Source of the DNA: Tubiluchus corallicola
Lineage: Eukaryota; Animalia; Priapulida
DNA: 64,000 nt
NCBI GenBank assembly: GCA_030141605.1
Contig: JAQGDQ010000465.1
Location: 115,848-179,847, forward strand
Reading direction: 5' to 3'
The stretch's first letter is position 1, and each line of letters begins with the position of its first letter. The notes beneath the pieces are model-generated. The model saw only the letters and a list, made by a program, of their open reading frames with translations, was not told the DNA's origin and did not search any database. Position numbers and translations under genes: made by a program. Of the stretch, positions 39,501-50,246 are shown in pieces.

Positions 39501-41278
39501 AAACGTAATACGGAGAATGTACACACACAATCTGAACAGAAAAGTAGGACAAGAGAATTACAATGAGAAATAGAACTACAAACAGAAAAATGTGTTAATA
39601 TTCATACCTGTGTTTTTATACTGTGGCGAGATTGGACTGCATGACAAACTAGTTAGAACCATGGCAGCCATTCGTTCATCCATAACTTGTACGTCTTCTT
39701 GTATGCTGGCAATACACCTCTTTCTATACGTGTTTGTTAAAAAAAGAAAACTAGTTTACGTAGATTTTCTAAGATTTTTAGCAGTATAAGTGCATAATCG
39801 TTATGATGGCGTTAATGCTGTAAAGCCAAGTGTTTTACAGGATGCTGTAAGAGCTATGTTTTCTTTTCAGAACTTTAAGGATTTGATTTGGGAACCAAAA
39901 CGTTAATAAAACAATAAAACCATAATACTCAAACATAAACTTTACGGAGCTCAATGGGTTATTAAGGATTTAAGAGACAAAGAAATGATACGGAAAGGCA
40001 GATGTTTAAGCGATTAGACAGGATCCACTTCAATCTATGAATAAGATTAACTACGATTATTATTATTATCCTTGTAGTAAAACGAACTAATCCATTTGAC
40101 CCAGTGCGTACAATGGAACACTACATCAATGCAGCTGACTTACTCATACGATAATCAAAACGGATTAAAACGAATTAAAATAAATATGGTCGATTTTAAT
40201 AGGCAAGAACAATGGCACACATAAAATTCGAGTTACTGCGAATAGAACTTGCGGATTAGTGAGACAAAAATTCAAAGATTGCCCAAGACGGGTTAAATGA
40301 TTTACGAAAACCTAAAAATGATTGCCAAAAAATAAAGGAAATTATCACCATATAATTTAGACTTGTGCTATGTGGTTGTAATCATTTGTGCTATGTGGTT
40401 GTAATCATTTGTGCTATGTGGTTGTAATCATTTGTGCTATGTGGTTGTAATCATTTGTGCTATGCGGTTGTAACCATTTGTGCTATGTGGTTGTAATTAT
40501 TTTCACTGGCTTTTGCCACTAATAATTTACAAGGCGATCTAGTACTAAAACTAATCAAAAAAATTACATGCCATAAATGAACTTTGAAGATAATCAATTA
40601 ATTTCAACAAGGTGACAAGATCACGTCATTACAAACCAGGCAGTACTGCTAATTATATGGATGTTACACCCATACTTAGCTTTACCTGTACAACAACAAA
40701 CTTTTATTGCAAGTAAAAGTACTCATTGTGATTAACATTAAAAAGATAAAAGGTGCAAAATCAGAGTTAACATACCTTGGATAAAATGGCACGTCTATAT
40801 TCAACGAAGGGCGTTTCTTCTCCGCTAATACTGGATCCGCCATTCGACTATAGTCTGTATCTTGATCCACGAGTCGCGCAGACTTTCTACTTTCTAAAAG
40901 TCTCACCTCTTGTATGCGTCTGGTGATTTCCTGTGGTTTGCCGTGTTCACCTTGCTGTACTTTTACCGTTATTTCGTCTCCGTGTTGCAGGTGTTGCAAC
41001 ACAATGCCGGACACTTCTCGCCCGGCAACAGTGACAAAGATTCTTTGTCCTTCCCGTAGTATCACCGACGACACGGACCTGAATCCGGGTCCTATCATGT
41101 CCTTATCCTGTAACTCCATCACTCTTCCGTTCTCAAACTTGACGCTGTACGTTTCTCGTCCGTTCCATTTCGTCTTCGTAGCTTGTATGACACCGCCGTA
41201 GTATCGTCCATCCTGGAATAGAGCGCTGACTCGCGTTCCCAATATGGAACGTTTTGCCAACCGCTTTCCTGACGACAT
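18367..41278 (-). CDS. ZNF704: ZNF704/ZNF395/SLC2A4RG (Glut4EF)-family transcription factor with DUF4772-type N-terminus, one C2H2 finger and a C-terminal C-clamp; complete spliced CDS
   Basis: Exons 40776-41278, 39608-39723, 28782-28972, 23290-23390, 20999-21384, 20191-20282, 18367-18582 join in phase (2,1,0,2,1,0). Family motifs: [38 protein letters not shown]...[51 protein letters not shown]. Probably co-orthologous to all three vertebrate paralogues. Confidence 0.95.
19713..20165 (+). mobile_element. Solo-LTR-like element (453 bp), copy 2, with a 5-bp TSD GATAT
   Basis: GATAT|TGTGGAAG...CTTTCACA|GATAT; internal AATAAA near 20072. Confidence 0.75.
20191..20282 (-). CDS. ZNF704: ZNF704-like exon 6 ([30 protein letters not shown])
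   Basis: ccag/gtaaat boundaries; phase 1-0 bridges exons 5 and 7. Confidence 0.85.
20999..21384 (-). CDS. ZNF704: ZNF704-like exon 5 ([28 protein letters not shown]...CMTGKE)
   Basis: EEEFYY motif; ctag/gtgagt boundaries, phase 2-1. Confidence 0.9.
21831..22223. mobile_element. hAT-like MITE with 8-bp TSD ACTCTACG
   Basis: TSD at 21823-21830 and 22224-22231; imperfect TIR CAGCGGCGGAT/ATCCGCTACAG; GGGCC subterminal motifs. Confidence 0.8.
22810..22980. repeat. Imperfect palindrome (foldback) of about 170 bp
   Basis: cacaccatcaactg...gaattcat...gcattt mirrored by aaatgc...atgaattc...cagttgatggtgtg. Confidence 0.8.
23290..23390 (-). CDS. ZNF704: ZNF704-like exon 4, C2H2 zinc finger ([34 protein letters not shown])
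   Basis: C-x4-C-x12-H-x4-H; tgtag/gtaagc boundaries. Confidence 0.95.
24834..25350. repeat. 55-56-bp minisatellite interrupted by a CA-rich tract
   Basis: Unit gtaaagtacagggtctgtggtttgtcacgtggtcacagatcagctttgtgacgtt. Confidence 0.93.
25683..25850. repeat. Degenerate (CCCTAA)n-like tract
   Basis: aaccct/aatcct/agccct hexamer variants. Confidence 0.75.
26703..27000. repeat. Diverged direct duplication (2 copies, about 160-bp period)
   Basis: taagaaatt.ataat.acttattca...atatttcttgat.ttacactt...ccacttttacatac occurs twice. Confidence 0.8.
27880..28170. repeat. (GAT)n/(AAT)n compound microsatellite with a duplicated spacer
   Basis: Direct reading; lies at the tail end of the adjacent SINE. Confidence 0.9.
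28170..28382 (-). mobile_element. tRNA-derived SINE, MetaSINE-like
   Basis: Minus strand has the B-box GAGTTCGATAC followed by CGGGTCATACCAAAGACTTTAAAAATGGTA...CCCTGCCTGGCGC, the core I recall for the Meta domain. Confidence 0.7.
28782..28972 (-). CDS. ZNF704: ZNF704-like exon 3 ([21 protein letters not shown]...DEGIDMDE...SPRKRK)
   Basis: ttcag/gtaggc boundaries, phase 1-0; SPSPP and PRKRK motifs. Confidence 0.92.
29477..29582. repeat. (CACTA)n microsatellite
   Basis: About 21 pentamer copies. Confidence 0.98.
30253..30620. mobile_element. hAT-like MITE with 8-bp TSD ACTAGAAG
   Basis: TIR CAGGGCCTATTTCA/TGAAATAGGCCCTA; TSD at 30245-30252 and 30621-30628; GAGGCCC subterminal repeats. Confidence 0.88.
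33700..34426. repeat. Telomere-like 24-bp satellite (GTTAGGGTTAGGATGAGATTTAGR)n
   Basis: About 30 units; exact 120-bp (5-unit) higher-order period from 33961 to about 34400. Confidence 0.97.
35397..35835 (+). mobile_element. piggyBac-like non-autonomous element, copy 1
   Basis: TTAA|CCCTTTCA...TGAAAGGG|TTAA; similar to 43102-43559 and 59464-59922. Confidence 0.9.
37931..38427. mobile_element. TA-flanked MITE with long TIRs and internal 60-bp repeats
   Basis: TA|GGTTTTACAAGTCAAATATAGAC...GTCTACATTTGACATGTAAAACC|TA. Confidence 0.8.
39608..39723 (-). CDS. ZNF704: ZNF704-like exon 2 ([38 protein letters not shown])
   Basis: Conserved [14 protein letters not shown] motif; tag/gtatga boundaries, phase 2-1. 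Confidence 0.92.
40365..40500. repeat. 23-bp tandem repeat, about 6 copies
   Basis: Unit tgtgctatgtggttgtaatcatt. Confidence 0.95.
40776..41278 (-). CDS. ZNF704: ZNF704-like first coding exon ([17 protein letters not shown]...[11 protein letters not shown])
   Basis: ATG at 41278 (the ORF track starts at an upstream GTG); donor AG|gtatgt. Confidence 0.92.
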
Positions 41279-41399
41279 CACCGTCTGATTTGCAAATATT
41301 TGTTGTAGTAAAGCGAGTTAGCGCGTGTTTACATCATTTACGCGCGTAGAAAAAACATACCGGCTTCCACAGACCTGGATTACGTGTAGTTTCGTAGTG

Positions 41400-41570
41400 C
41401 GTATGCCGGTTTGCTGCTGACCTGTTTTGTTTTGGTTTGCTACAAGGTGTGGCCACAAAATAACAACAAAGCACGTCATGTATGAGTCGCGTTCTCTTAT
41501 TGGTCAAATTTTATCGACCCGGTAAATGATTCGCTGGATCACGCAAAGGCGGGGCGCCGATCAGCTGATA
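41400..41570 (-). promoter_or_regulatory. Putative proximal promoter of the ZNF704-like gene
   Basis: CpG-richer stretch upstream of the ATG with CRE-like ATGACGTG (41472-41479), CCAAT (41499-41503) and a GC box (41548-41556). Confidence 0.5.
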
Positions 41571-43101
41571 CAGTATTTATTTCGTAACAATTTGTCGGCT
41601 TACAATTTTTTCACGTTTTTTCACTTTGAATATCGAAATCTTTATTCTTTCACTTCCTTGCGTCTTAATTGTACATCGTCGCAAAACCAGTGGCTTTTGA
41701 AGAAGTTATATGATACACAGCGGCTGATTATTTCCAAATGAACTGCAGTAACCGCTCAGTGAACTCTCAGTAACACCGGCCGGCAATCGTGTTTACGCTG
41801 TTACGGTTTCTACTTTCACCCACCACCAACTGCGCAGCTTTTCAGCGAGTATCGCGAAGTGGTGCAATAGTAGTGGGAATCAGGTTTAACTTTATATGGT
41901 CTTTATTATACTGTAGCAACCGATTTACGTAGAAACTGGCAATTGATGATGCAATAGGCCTCTACTAATAGAAACGTAAAGAATCTCGAGCTCACTAATC
42001 CTAAGTGTAAAGTTGGACGAAAATTTTGCTTTAGTAAAAATATTAAATCGTATTAATATTTTCGAATTCAGATTTAATATGAAATCAGTTATACCACATT
42101 TACAACCACACGTAGCCTTTGCAAAAATTAAATTTTCATAGAAATGTTTCTCCTAAAAAAACAGGCGTTTAAAATCAAACATGGTAAAATAAGATTAATG
42201 AAGTGTCACAGTATTATTATTTATGGATTTAATCTTTTTAAAATTAAAATTAAATATAATATTATGGAGATGTAATAGTTATATTATTAACCCTTTCTTT
42301 TAAAATTAACAGATTAACTTATTTTAAATCATTAGAAAAAGTTGTCACAATCACCAGAGTAAGTGAACAATAATGTAATGTTCCATATTTGCTTTTTTGA
42401 ATTGGTGGAAATTAATACGTGCGCGGAGAGACGCATTAGTGGGGGTAGAGACAAATGAACAGAACCGCGCCCTCAATCGTTCGCTGGTCGGGTTACCAAG
42501 CGGGCACATCGAGACCTAGAAAAATTGATTCACAGAGAAAGTTGCTGGTTTTCGTGCCGCACCGCCATCTAATGGCTAGGATGGCATACAAAAATTAAGT
42601 GATTGAAGTTGACAGTAGTGCAAAATGCATTTCAGTCTGAATGTTTATGTGTATATGCTTGTAAAATAGCACGTGTGTTTATGCGGAAACTATGAAGGAT
42701 TAAAAATATCATCATAGTATATTATCATTAATGTATGAATATAAAAATATTAGAAATGTACTGAAAAAAACAAATAAATATCAGGTTTAAATGTTACCAA
42801 ACCTAGTCCATTCATCGAGTAACTGAAGTTAATGGTTTTAGAAGTGTTATGCAAACAAATTTTGTTACACATCGCTCAAATTAGGCCACTGGATACTGGT
42901 CAATACTCAAGCTGACGAGTTGCGGGCTTGCAGTTATAATATAAATGTAACAGAAAATTTGAATCCTTATAACAAATTTACTAGTGATAAGAGGTATTAG
43001 TTAGTAACAATGTTTATAAGAACGAATGAATGAAAAATTTATTTATATAGTGGCCTACTTCATTTACAATCTCAACACGTTGAACAATAAAATACATTTA
43101 A

Positions 43102-43559
43102 CCCTTTCTGTCCCAAATTATTTTTTAATAAGAGAGAATTTCTTGGCTTGGTACTTTTGTTCAGTATGTCCATCTTGTTTGCACATAATAATTATTTTTT
43201 CTACCTGTGCTCGCGTGCTAAATATAGCCTGTATCCCACGGGATACATTGGGATTCAATGGAAGCATAAAATGTGCTTCATTTTGCAACTGCTGATAATT
43301 TTTTAAAGTGTTTAAGACATTTAGTATGCACGCTATGCTGATCTGTACAAAGTCGTCTCTAAAGTACTGTACCTTGCGCAGTTTTTTAGGTTATGTAGAT
43401 TTTCTAGTTTGCCATTTTATCACCATTTTTAGTCTATTGTTATTGGCTTAAATCAAAATAACTATTAACAGATCGAATAACTGTCATTTCCAAAATTTTA
43501 TTAATTCTAAAGGCACAAAATATTCTCGTGTCCCATGGGATACAACGGGTATGAAAGGG
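43102..43559 (+). mobile_element. piggyBac-like non-autonomous element, copy 2
   Basis: TTAA TSD; CCCTTTC/GAAAGGG termini. Confidence 0.9.
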
Positions 43560-44049
43560 TTAAATTCATAAGATACATTAAAATTTAAAATACGTTTAAA
43601 AAATAAAATAAAAACCAATTCACCATAAAAAGTACAGTCTAAACAAATGTGTCATTTAAAAGAATTTAATGAGATTGCAATCCGTACGGCAACAGGTAAG
43701 GTATTCCAGAGACATGGAGGCCAAGTAAGAATGTTATTGTTAATAGGAAAAGAACAAATTCCTGGTCAAAGATAAGAAGCTGGATGTACTCTTATGCAAG
43801 CAGTTGTCCTATATCTAGGAGGGATTTATCATTTAAAATTGCAGAGCAACAGACATGTAAACTTAACTTACATCAAACAATGAAAACAATGTTCCAGAGT
43901 ACCACAAAGCACGTCTCCAAGTGAATGCGAAAAGAAAAAATAGCCAAGTAGCACTTTCTTAAATTATATACTGTAATATATAAGATAGTTAAGCCCAAAC
44001 ATATTTTAATATTAATATTTTTAAGTATTAAAAATAAGATGTTCAAACA

Positions 44050-44395
44050 TAATCAAAAATGAAGATTTACACACTAGAATGAAAGAAATTTCTTCAAAGT
44101 TCAAAAGTCAAGATCCGAAGATTAACATGGCTAGGGCAGCTTCTAAGATTACCAAATGAAGCACCAGTGAGAATCGCCTTAAAGGAAGCCTTAAAACCTT
44201 GCAAAAACCACCTGGTAAACCTAAAACAACTTGGATAGCTAAGATAAATAAAGATGTTCAACAACTTCAACCAAATCTATCTTTAGGATTAGAAGAACCT
44301 ACGTTGTTAGCTGCAGATAGAAGTGGCTGAAATACTCTAATAAATGTTGATGTCTCAATGTCTACAGCAGATGGAATGAGACCTTGAAGAAGAAG
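44050..44395 (+). mobile_element. RTE-clade LINE 3' fragment (frameshifted) with short (GAA)n tail
   Basis: RLTWLGQLLRLPNEAPVRIALKEALKP / PPGKPKTTWI...LAADRSG matches the RTE ORF end (RLRWLGH..R...RPRGRPK.TW...A.DR..W). Confidence 0.8.
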
Positions 44396-44441
44396 TGGAA
44401 CCACAAAGTCAAAAGTATTTAATGATTTTGTTTTCTCCTTT

Positions 44442-45772
44442 TTCTTCCTTTCAAAGCGGTAACAGAGGCTGGAGCACTTTGTTCTATCTCGGTGTTCTTC
44501 CTTTCAAAGCGGTAACAGAGGCTGGAGCACTTTGTTCTATCTCGGTGTTCTTCCTTTCAAAGCGGTAACAGAGGCTGGAGCACTTTGTTCTATCTCGGTG
44601 TTCTTCCTTTCAAAGCGGTAACAGAGGCTGGAGCATTTTGTTCTATCTCGGTGTTCTTCCTTTCAAAGCGGTAACAGAGGCTGGAGCATTTTGTTCTAGC
44701 TCGGTGTTCTTCCTTTCAAAGCGGTAACAGAGGCTGGAGCACTTTGTTCTATCTCGGTGTTCTTCCTTTCAAAGCGGTAACAGAGGCTGGAGCACTTTGT
44801 TCTATCTCGGTGTTCTTCCTTTCAAAGCGGTAACAGAGGCTGGAGCACTTTGTTCTATCTCGGTGTTCTTCCTTTCAAAGCGGTAACAGAGGCTGGAGCA
44901 CTTTGTTCTATCTCGGTGTTCTTCCTTTCAAAGCGGTAACAGAGGCTGGAGCACTTTGTTCTATCTCGGTGTTCTTCCTTTCAAAGCGGTAACAGAGGCT
45001 GGAGCACTTTGTTCTATCTCGGTGTTCTTCCTTTCAAAGCGGTAACAGAGGCTGGAGCACTTTGTTCTATCTCGGTGTTCTTCCTTTCAAAGCGGTAACA
45101 GAGGCTGGAGCACTTTGTTCTATCTCGGTGTTCTTCCTTTCAAAGCGGTAACAGAGGCTGGAGCACTTTGTTCTATCTCGGTGTTCTTCCTTTCAAAGCG
45201 GTAACAGAGGCTGGAGCACTTTGTTCTATCTCGGTGTTCTTCCTTTCAAAGTGGTAACAGCGGTGTTCTTCCTTTCAAAGTGGTAACAGAGGCTGGAGCA
45301 CTTTGTTCTATCTCGGTGTTCTTCCTTTCAAAGTGGTAACAGCGGTGTTCTTCCTTTCAAAGTGGTAACAGAGGCTGGAGCACTTTGTTCTATCTCGGTG
45401 TTCTTCCTTTCAAAGTGGTAACAGAGGCTGGAGCACTTTGTTCTATCTCGGTGTTCTTCCTTTCAAAGCGGTAACAGAGGCTGGAGCACTTTGTTCTATC
45501 TCGGTGTTCTTCCTTTCAAAGCGGTAACAGAGGCTGGAGCACTTTGTTCTATCTCGGTGTTCTTCCTTTCAAAGCGGTAACAGAGGCTGGAGCACTTTGT
45601 TCTATCTCGGTGTTCTTCCTTTCAAAGCGGTAACAGAGGCTGGAGCACTTTGTTCTATCTCGGTGTTCTTCCTTTCAAAGTGGTAACAGAGGCTGGAGCA
45701 CTTTGTTCTATCTCGGTGTTCTTCCTTTCAAAGTGGTAACAGAGGCTGGAGCACTTTGTTCTATCTCGGTGT
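44442..45772. repeat. 53-bp minisatellite, about 25 nearly identical copies
   Basis: Unit ttcttcctttcaaagcggtaacagaggctggagcactttgttctatctcggtg. Confidence 0.98.
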
Positions 45773-47690
45773 TTCCCAACTTTTTGTTGACGGTGATCCC
45801 TTTCCAGAACCCTGCATCGTATCGCGACCCCACGAAGAACACAATCACATGTTATGCTATTAAACATAATTATCATTCACATTTATTAATTTTAACTTGG
45901 TATTCAACAAATTATTGAACAATGACTGATAGTTTCACTAATGTGATGGTTGCACCAATGTGATTGTTGCACCTGTTTCTTAGCAACCAATATTGCAATG
46001 CAATAGGCTTACAAGGATACATTTGTATGTATTTTATGTAAATATTTGTATATGCGTACAATTTTAAATTTTAGTTTTTTAGATTACACTCTCAGTTTTT
46101 TAACTTTACTCACTAACCTTGGTCAAATTCCCTTGTTAATAAGACCCCTATTGTATGATAATTACTGATTATTACCCGAATAATTACTGATTAATTGTAT
46201 TGTTTTGTTTAAATTTAGGTATCTAACTTTATTATTTTTTGTTTTCACTACTTTTTTGATAATTTGCATCATTTCAACTGTTTCTATCATTATTTTTTTC
46301 TTATTTGTCTTTTGTTTTTGTTAGCTGCAGCATCACCATTTAATTTTAATATACTTTACGTAATATTTAAAAAAAAATTTATGTCAAACTAATTGGAGAA
46401 AATAAAATGTTCTATGTCCTATGTTCTAAATAAAGAATTATAATAATAATAATTCCAAGGAGATCCGACGTAAAATAAATAGCGACACACTTTCGGGCGG
46501 TGTACACCGTACACAAGTGTTCAGCATGGAACAACGTGCATTTTCATTTTCCCGGAAAATCAAGCACTGGTATACCGCATTTAAAGCGGGAAAACCAGTT
46601 TCACTTTCCTGAACAAAATGGTGCAATGAGACTGAGGAAACAAGACTTACTTACATACTTGTCATGAAAATAGCACTTTTTAAAAAGAGAAACCCATGTT
46701 CAATCTGTTCTATGGACTTTGTATAATTCAATTACGTATTACCTAATGAACTACTTGTATCCTTGAATTAACTATTTGTGTAATTATATTCTGGACGTAA
46801 AAGTAACTAATTGTATATATATCTGTCCTAAAATGTACTACATCTTTCCTCACTGTTGATAGTGGAAATACTGTGATCAGTAATAGAGTCTACTGTGTTG
46901 TAAATCCATTCAAAAAAGTAAAGTTTAAATGTAACTGAGCACTCGCCCATACTTCCTTTTTTTCTCCGCAATTTATCTTCTCCATCTTGAAGACTGGAGG
47001 AATATTATGATGCAACCTATTATAATATTTACTTCGATGCAATATTTGTCGACAGCATCTTTTACGCCTTGATCAACTTTTCAAAACAAATGTCTTGTGT
47101 AATCTACGGGGAGTCGACAGTTTTTTCGTTTACCCCCCAAAACTTTCCACACCCACACCCATTGGTCTCCTCTCCTTTCTTTTTCATACTTACCTTTTTA
47201 CACAAATAACAATACTCGCGGTAAAAATCTAGACACAAAACGATGCACAGACCACTACGCCACATTTCACACAGCCAGCACTTGGTAAGTATTAAGCAGC
47301 CAAAAACAAATTCATAAATAACATCTGTTTTCCATTTATTAAAAATTAATATGTTAATGAACATAATAATCAGAAAATAAAAGATAAAGGCTATATTACA
47401 ATCTCCTGGGCTTTATAAGTATTTCACTTGTATTACATTAAACGTTTTTACACAATTAATAATTAAATTTTCATAAATTTTCATTAAAAAGTACATAATC
47501 TAGACTAGAGTGTTGTGCTTACGTAATATAAGGATAAACAATTGCACAAAGTCATTGTCATGATTGTAAATCTCAGCGGCACAAGTTCAACATTTAACTG
47601 CCTACAAAGTCAGCTGTGTCAAAAACATAACTATTAATTGCAGTGAGTTTGCAGTGTTATATACAGTACAGTAATTCACGAATTCAAGTA

Positions 47691-48229
47691 CAGTAAAAGC
47701 TCCGCCTAACTCAAATCCAACCGGGCGGAAAAAAGCTTTGAGTTAGGCGATGTTGACCTGTTGACTAGCACAAAAACTCTAAACCCCTCCTCCAGATGGA
47801 GAGCTAAATAGAAGCCAGAATGTCAACCCTTCTATTCATAAATGACGAGATTTGATGAGAATTGCGCAAAGAATAACAAATTATGTAGCGAAACACGATT
47901 TTTTTATGTTACAAAAGGACAACACACGACACTCACAATATGACAGGGGGGGGGCTACCAATTCCTTACATACTGCAATTCAGTTTGTGCAAAGTTCAAT
48001 TATTTATTTACGAAATGTTTTATTTTTCTAGAGTATAAATTGCATCTTTGAGTTAGGTGAAGTAAGTTACATGAATTTTGATTAGATGGACTATATCTAA
48101 TATTATATATTTTGAGTTAAGCGATGTTTTTTTGTGGAAAAAACGAAGGATTTCATCCTTTCTGCTGAAATTCTTTGAAGTTGGACGAAAATTTGAGTTA
48201 AGCGATTTTGAGTTAAGCGGAGTTTACTG
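47691..48229. mobile_element. Tc1/mariner (pogo/Tigger-like) MITE
   Basis: TA|CAGTAAAAGCTCCGCCTAACTCAAA...TTTGAGTTAAGCGGAGTTTACTG|TA with repeated TTTGAGTTAAGCG subterminal motifs. Confidence 0.85.
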
Positions 48230-48551
48230 TATTAGCAAACACATTAGGCAAAAAATGATGGCACCAAACCAACAAATAGTTAAATTTGATACCAAACTCT
48301 AAAGATGGGAAATGTGAAAAGTTGGAATTTGGACTTGAACCAAGGACGATCGGCTTACAAAGTCAATGCAATAATCCGTAGGCCACCTTGTATCACGGCG
48401 AGTATGGCAGTCTAAAATTCATCCGTTACAGCAAGTGGAAATAAAAATCATCTAGTTAGGTAGAACCACTTTAGTGCGAGCGACCTAACATTGAAAATGC
48501 TGAATTTGGTTGACCAGATAAGGGGTGAATGTTAGACTGTCATAATAACTG

Positions 48552-48627
48552 GGAAACGCGGTGGTTTAGTGGTTATCACGGCAGACGTGTAAGTCGAAAA
48601 GCACCTGGTTCAAATCCCTGTGTTTCC
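48552..48627 (+). pseudogene. Degenerate tRNA-like sequence (tRNA pseudogene or SINE head)
   Basis: A-box TGGTTTAGTGG, B-box GGTTCAAATCC and closing stem GGAAACGCGG/CTGTGTTTCC; arms are imperfect. Confidence 0.55.
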
Positions 48628-49144
48628 TGTTTTTTTAGCTTGGTAACAAATTTAACTAATTGTGGATTTGCAGCATCGTTAAGATTGTTAATGATATTCA
48701 TGACATTAAGATTACAAATAATTAATATATTAACCAATTGTGTGGGACTAAGCATTAAACATTCAACATCAAACATCAACTCTTTGACTGTAATAATATA
48801 TACATATAAAAAGATAGATTTCTTTACCTTAAAGCCATATTCACACCTTAATAGACGAACTTGTTACTATGAAACAGCAACTAGAAAAACAATGACTCGT
48901 TATTGTACATGCCACACAAGTCTAAAATGTTCAAGAATTGCTAAAATTCATCCCATAAAACACTCTGTTACAACTTTGTTATAAAAAACGTGTCTCCAAT
49001 TGACAATCGATAGACTACACTAAAAAAAGAAAATCGCTGAAAATGAAATAAAAATCATTCGTTCCCTCCTTTTGGGAAAATAAGCTTGTACTAGTGTGAA
49101 CAACTAAAGCTAGTTGCAAAGTTGTAAAAGTGGAAAACAAAACC

Positions 49145-49765
49145 ATGTGCTGCTTGCAAACCAAAACCGTCCATAAGGCGGCATACTTAAGCTATGATGC
49201 TTCAAAGTAAAATGCACTAAAAATTTGATCAAATGCTAATTATCAGTTTGAACAAATTATCAAAAAATGTTCAAAAAATACTAAAAATCTAATTTTATAA
49301 CTCTGTACACACTTTACTGGCTAAAAACTAGTAATGCAATTGTGAAAAACTCGTATTTTCAAACTCTGACTGTAGCTCGTAGAAGCAGTCATTTTGCTTC
49401 GGGTTTTTTCTCTTGCCAAGCCCAGACCTCCGACAGGTAGAGCTAATCTACTGGTTTTAAACACAACTTGTTTAAATGGTTCTTGCAAAAGTCCGTAGCA
49501 ACCAAAACTTGTGCAGTTGCTAAGTAGTTCCGTATAAACGCGGCAAAAAACAATGGCTAACTTTAACAGTGATTTTCTCAAGATTATGTTTTTCAGTGCG
49601 CAGCTTGCACCTCAACTTCAATGTGGATTATCTCAGCTTAGAAATAACATGGAGCATTGCGCTTGTATCAAAATGATCGTCATGAAATGGAGATTCAGGA
49701 TATGTGAATAACTAGAAAAGCTTAATTGCCGACTTGTGGACGATTTTGCTATGCAAGCACACCTA
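49145..49765 (-). mobile_element. MITE family A, copy 3
   Basis: TIRs and internal similarity to copies 1 and 2. Confidence 0.85.
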
Positions 49766-49985
49766 TGCCTGTTAAAGGATTATAAAATGCAAATAGTCAG
49801 TTGAGGATATAACCTTTAACATCCATTGAAAACTTCAACGTTATGTGCATAGTAGGCAGATTTACAAACCCTCAAAACAATATTTTGCATTTTTCCGTAG
49901 TTAACTCGAACATCCCACACGACGAGTTAATTCAAAAGTTAATAAATAGTAAAATTTCTCAAGTAATAGCATCCCTACATTAGCC

Positions 49986-50246
49986 TCAGGTATTAGTGTC
50001 CATAATAGGTGGTTTTTTAATGAAATCGTTATCGCGAGAACTACGAGAACTGCTCTCGGTGTAAAAGTTTACCTCTCCAGACTTCGTCAGCTCAACCTCG
50101 CCGTCGGCGACAACCGACCCGTCGGATTTCTCCAATAACGCCTTCTTTTCGTCCGCTGTGACGTCGTCGGTAATGGCCCAGTCCGGTGGAATGTTGAAGA
50201 TTTCCGCCTTGATATGGGTGACGATGTACAAGACAGTCCAAAAAAG
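49986..50246 (-). CDS. SLC18B1: SLC18B1-like terminal exon (LFWTVLYIVTH...DEKKALLEK...MDTNT*)
   Basis: tttag acceptor; 87 codons ending at TGA. Confidence 0.85.
   Translation of the reverse strand, partial: LFWTVLYIVTHIKAEIFNIPPDWAITDDVTADEKKALLEKSDGSVVADGEVELTKSGEVNFYTESSSRSSRDNDFIKKPPIMDTNT

Noticed and set aside
44442-45772. CRISPR-like appearance of regular repeat arrays here and elsewhere
   Set aside because: Head-to-tail tandem units without unique spacers, no cas genes, eukaryotic context.
48552-48627. Functional tRNA gene
   Set aside because: D, anticodon and T stems pair poorly, so it is treated as a pseudogene or SINE head.
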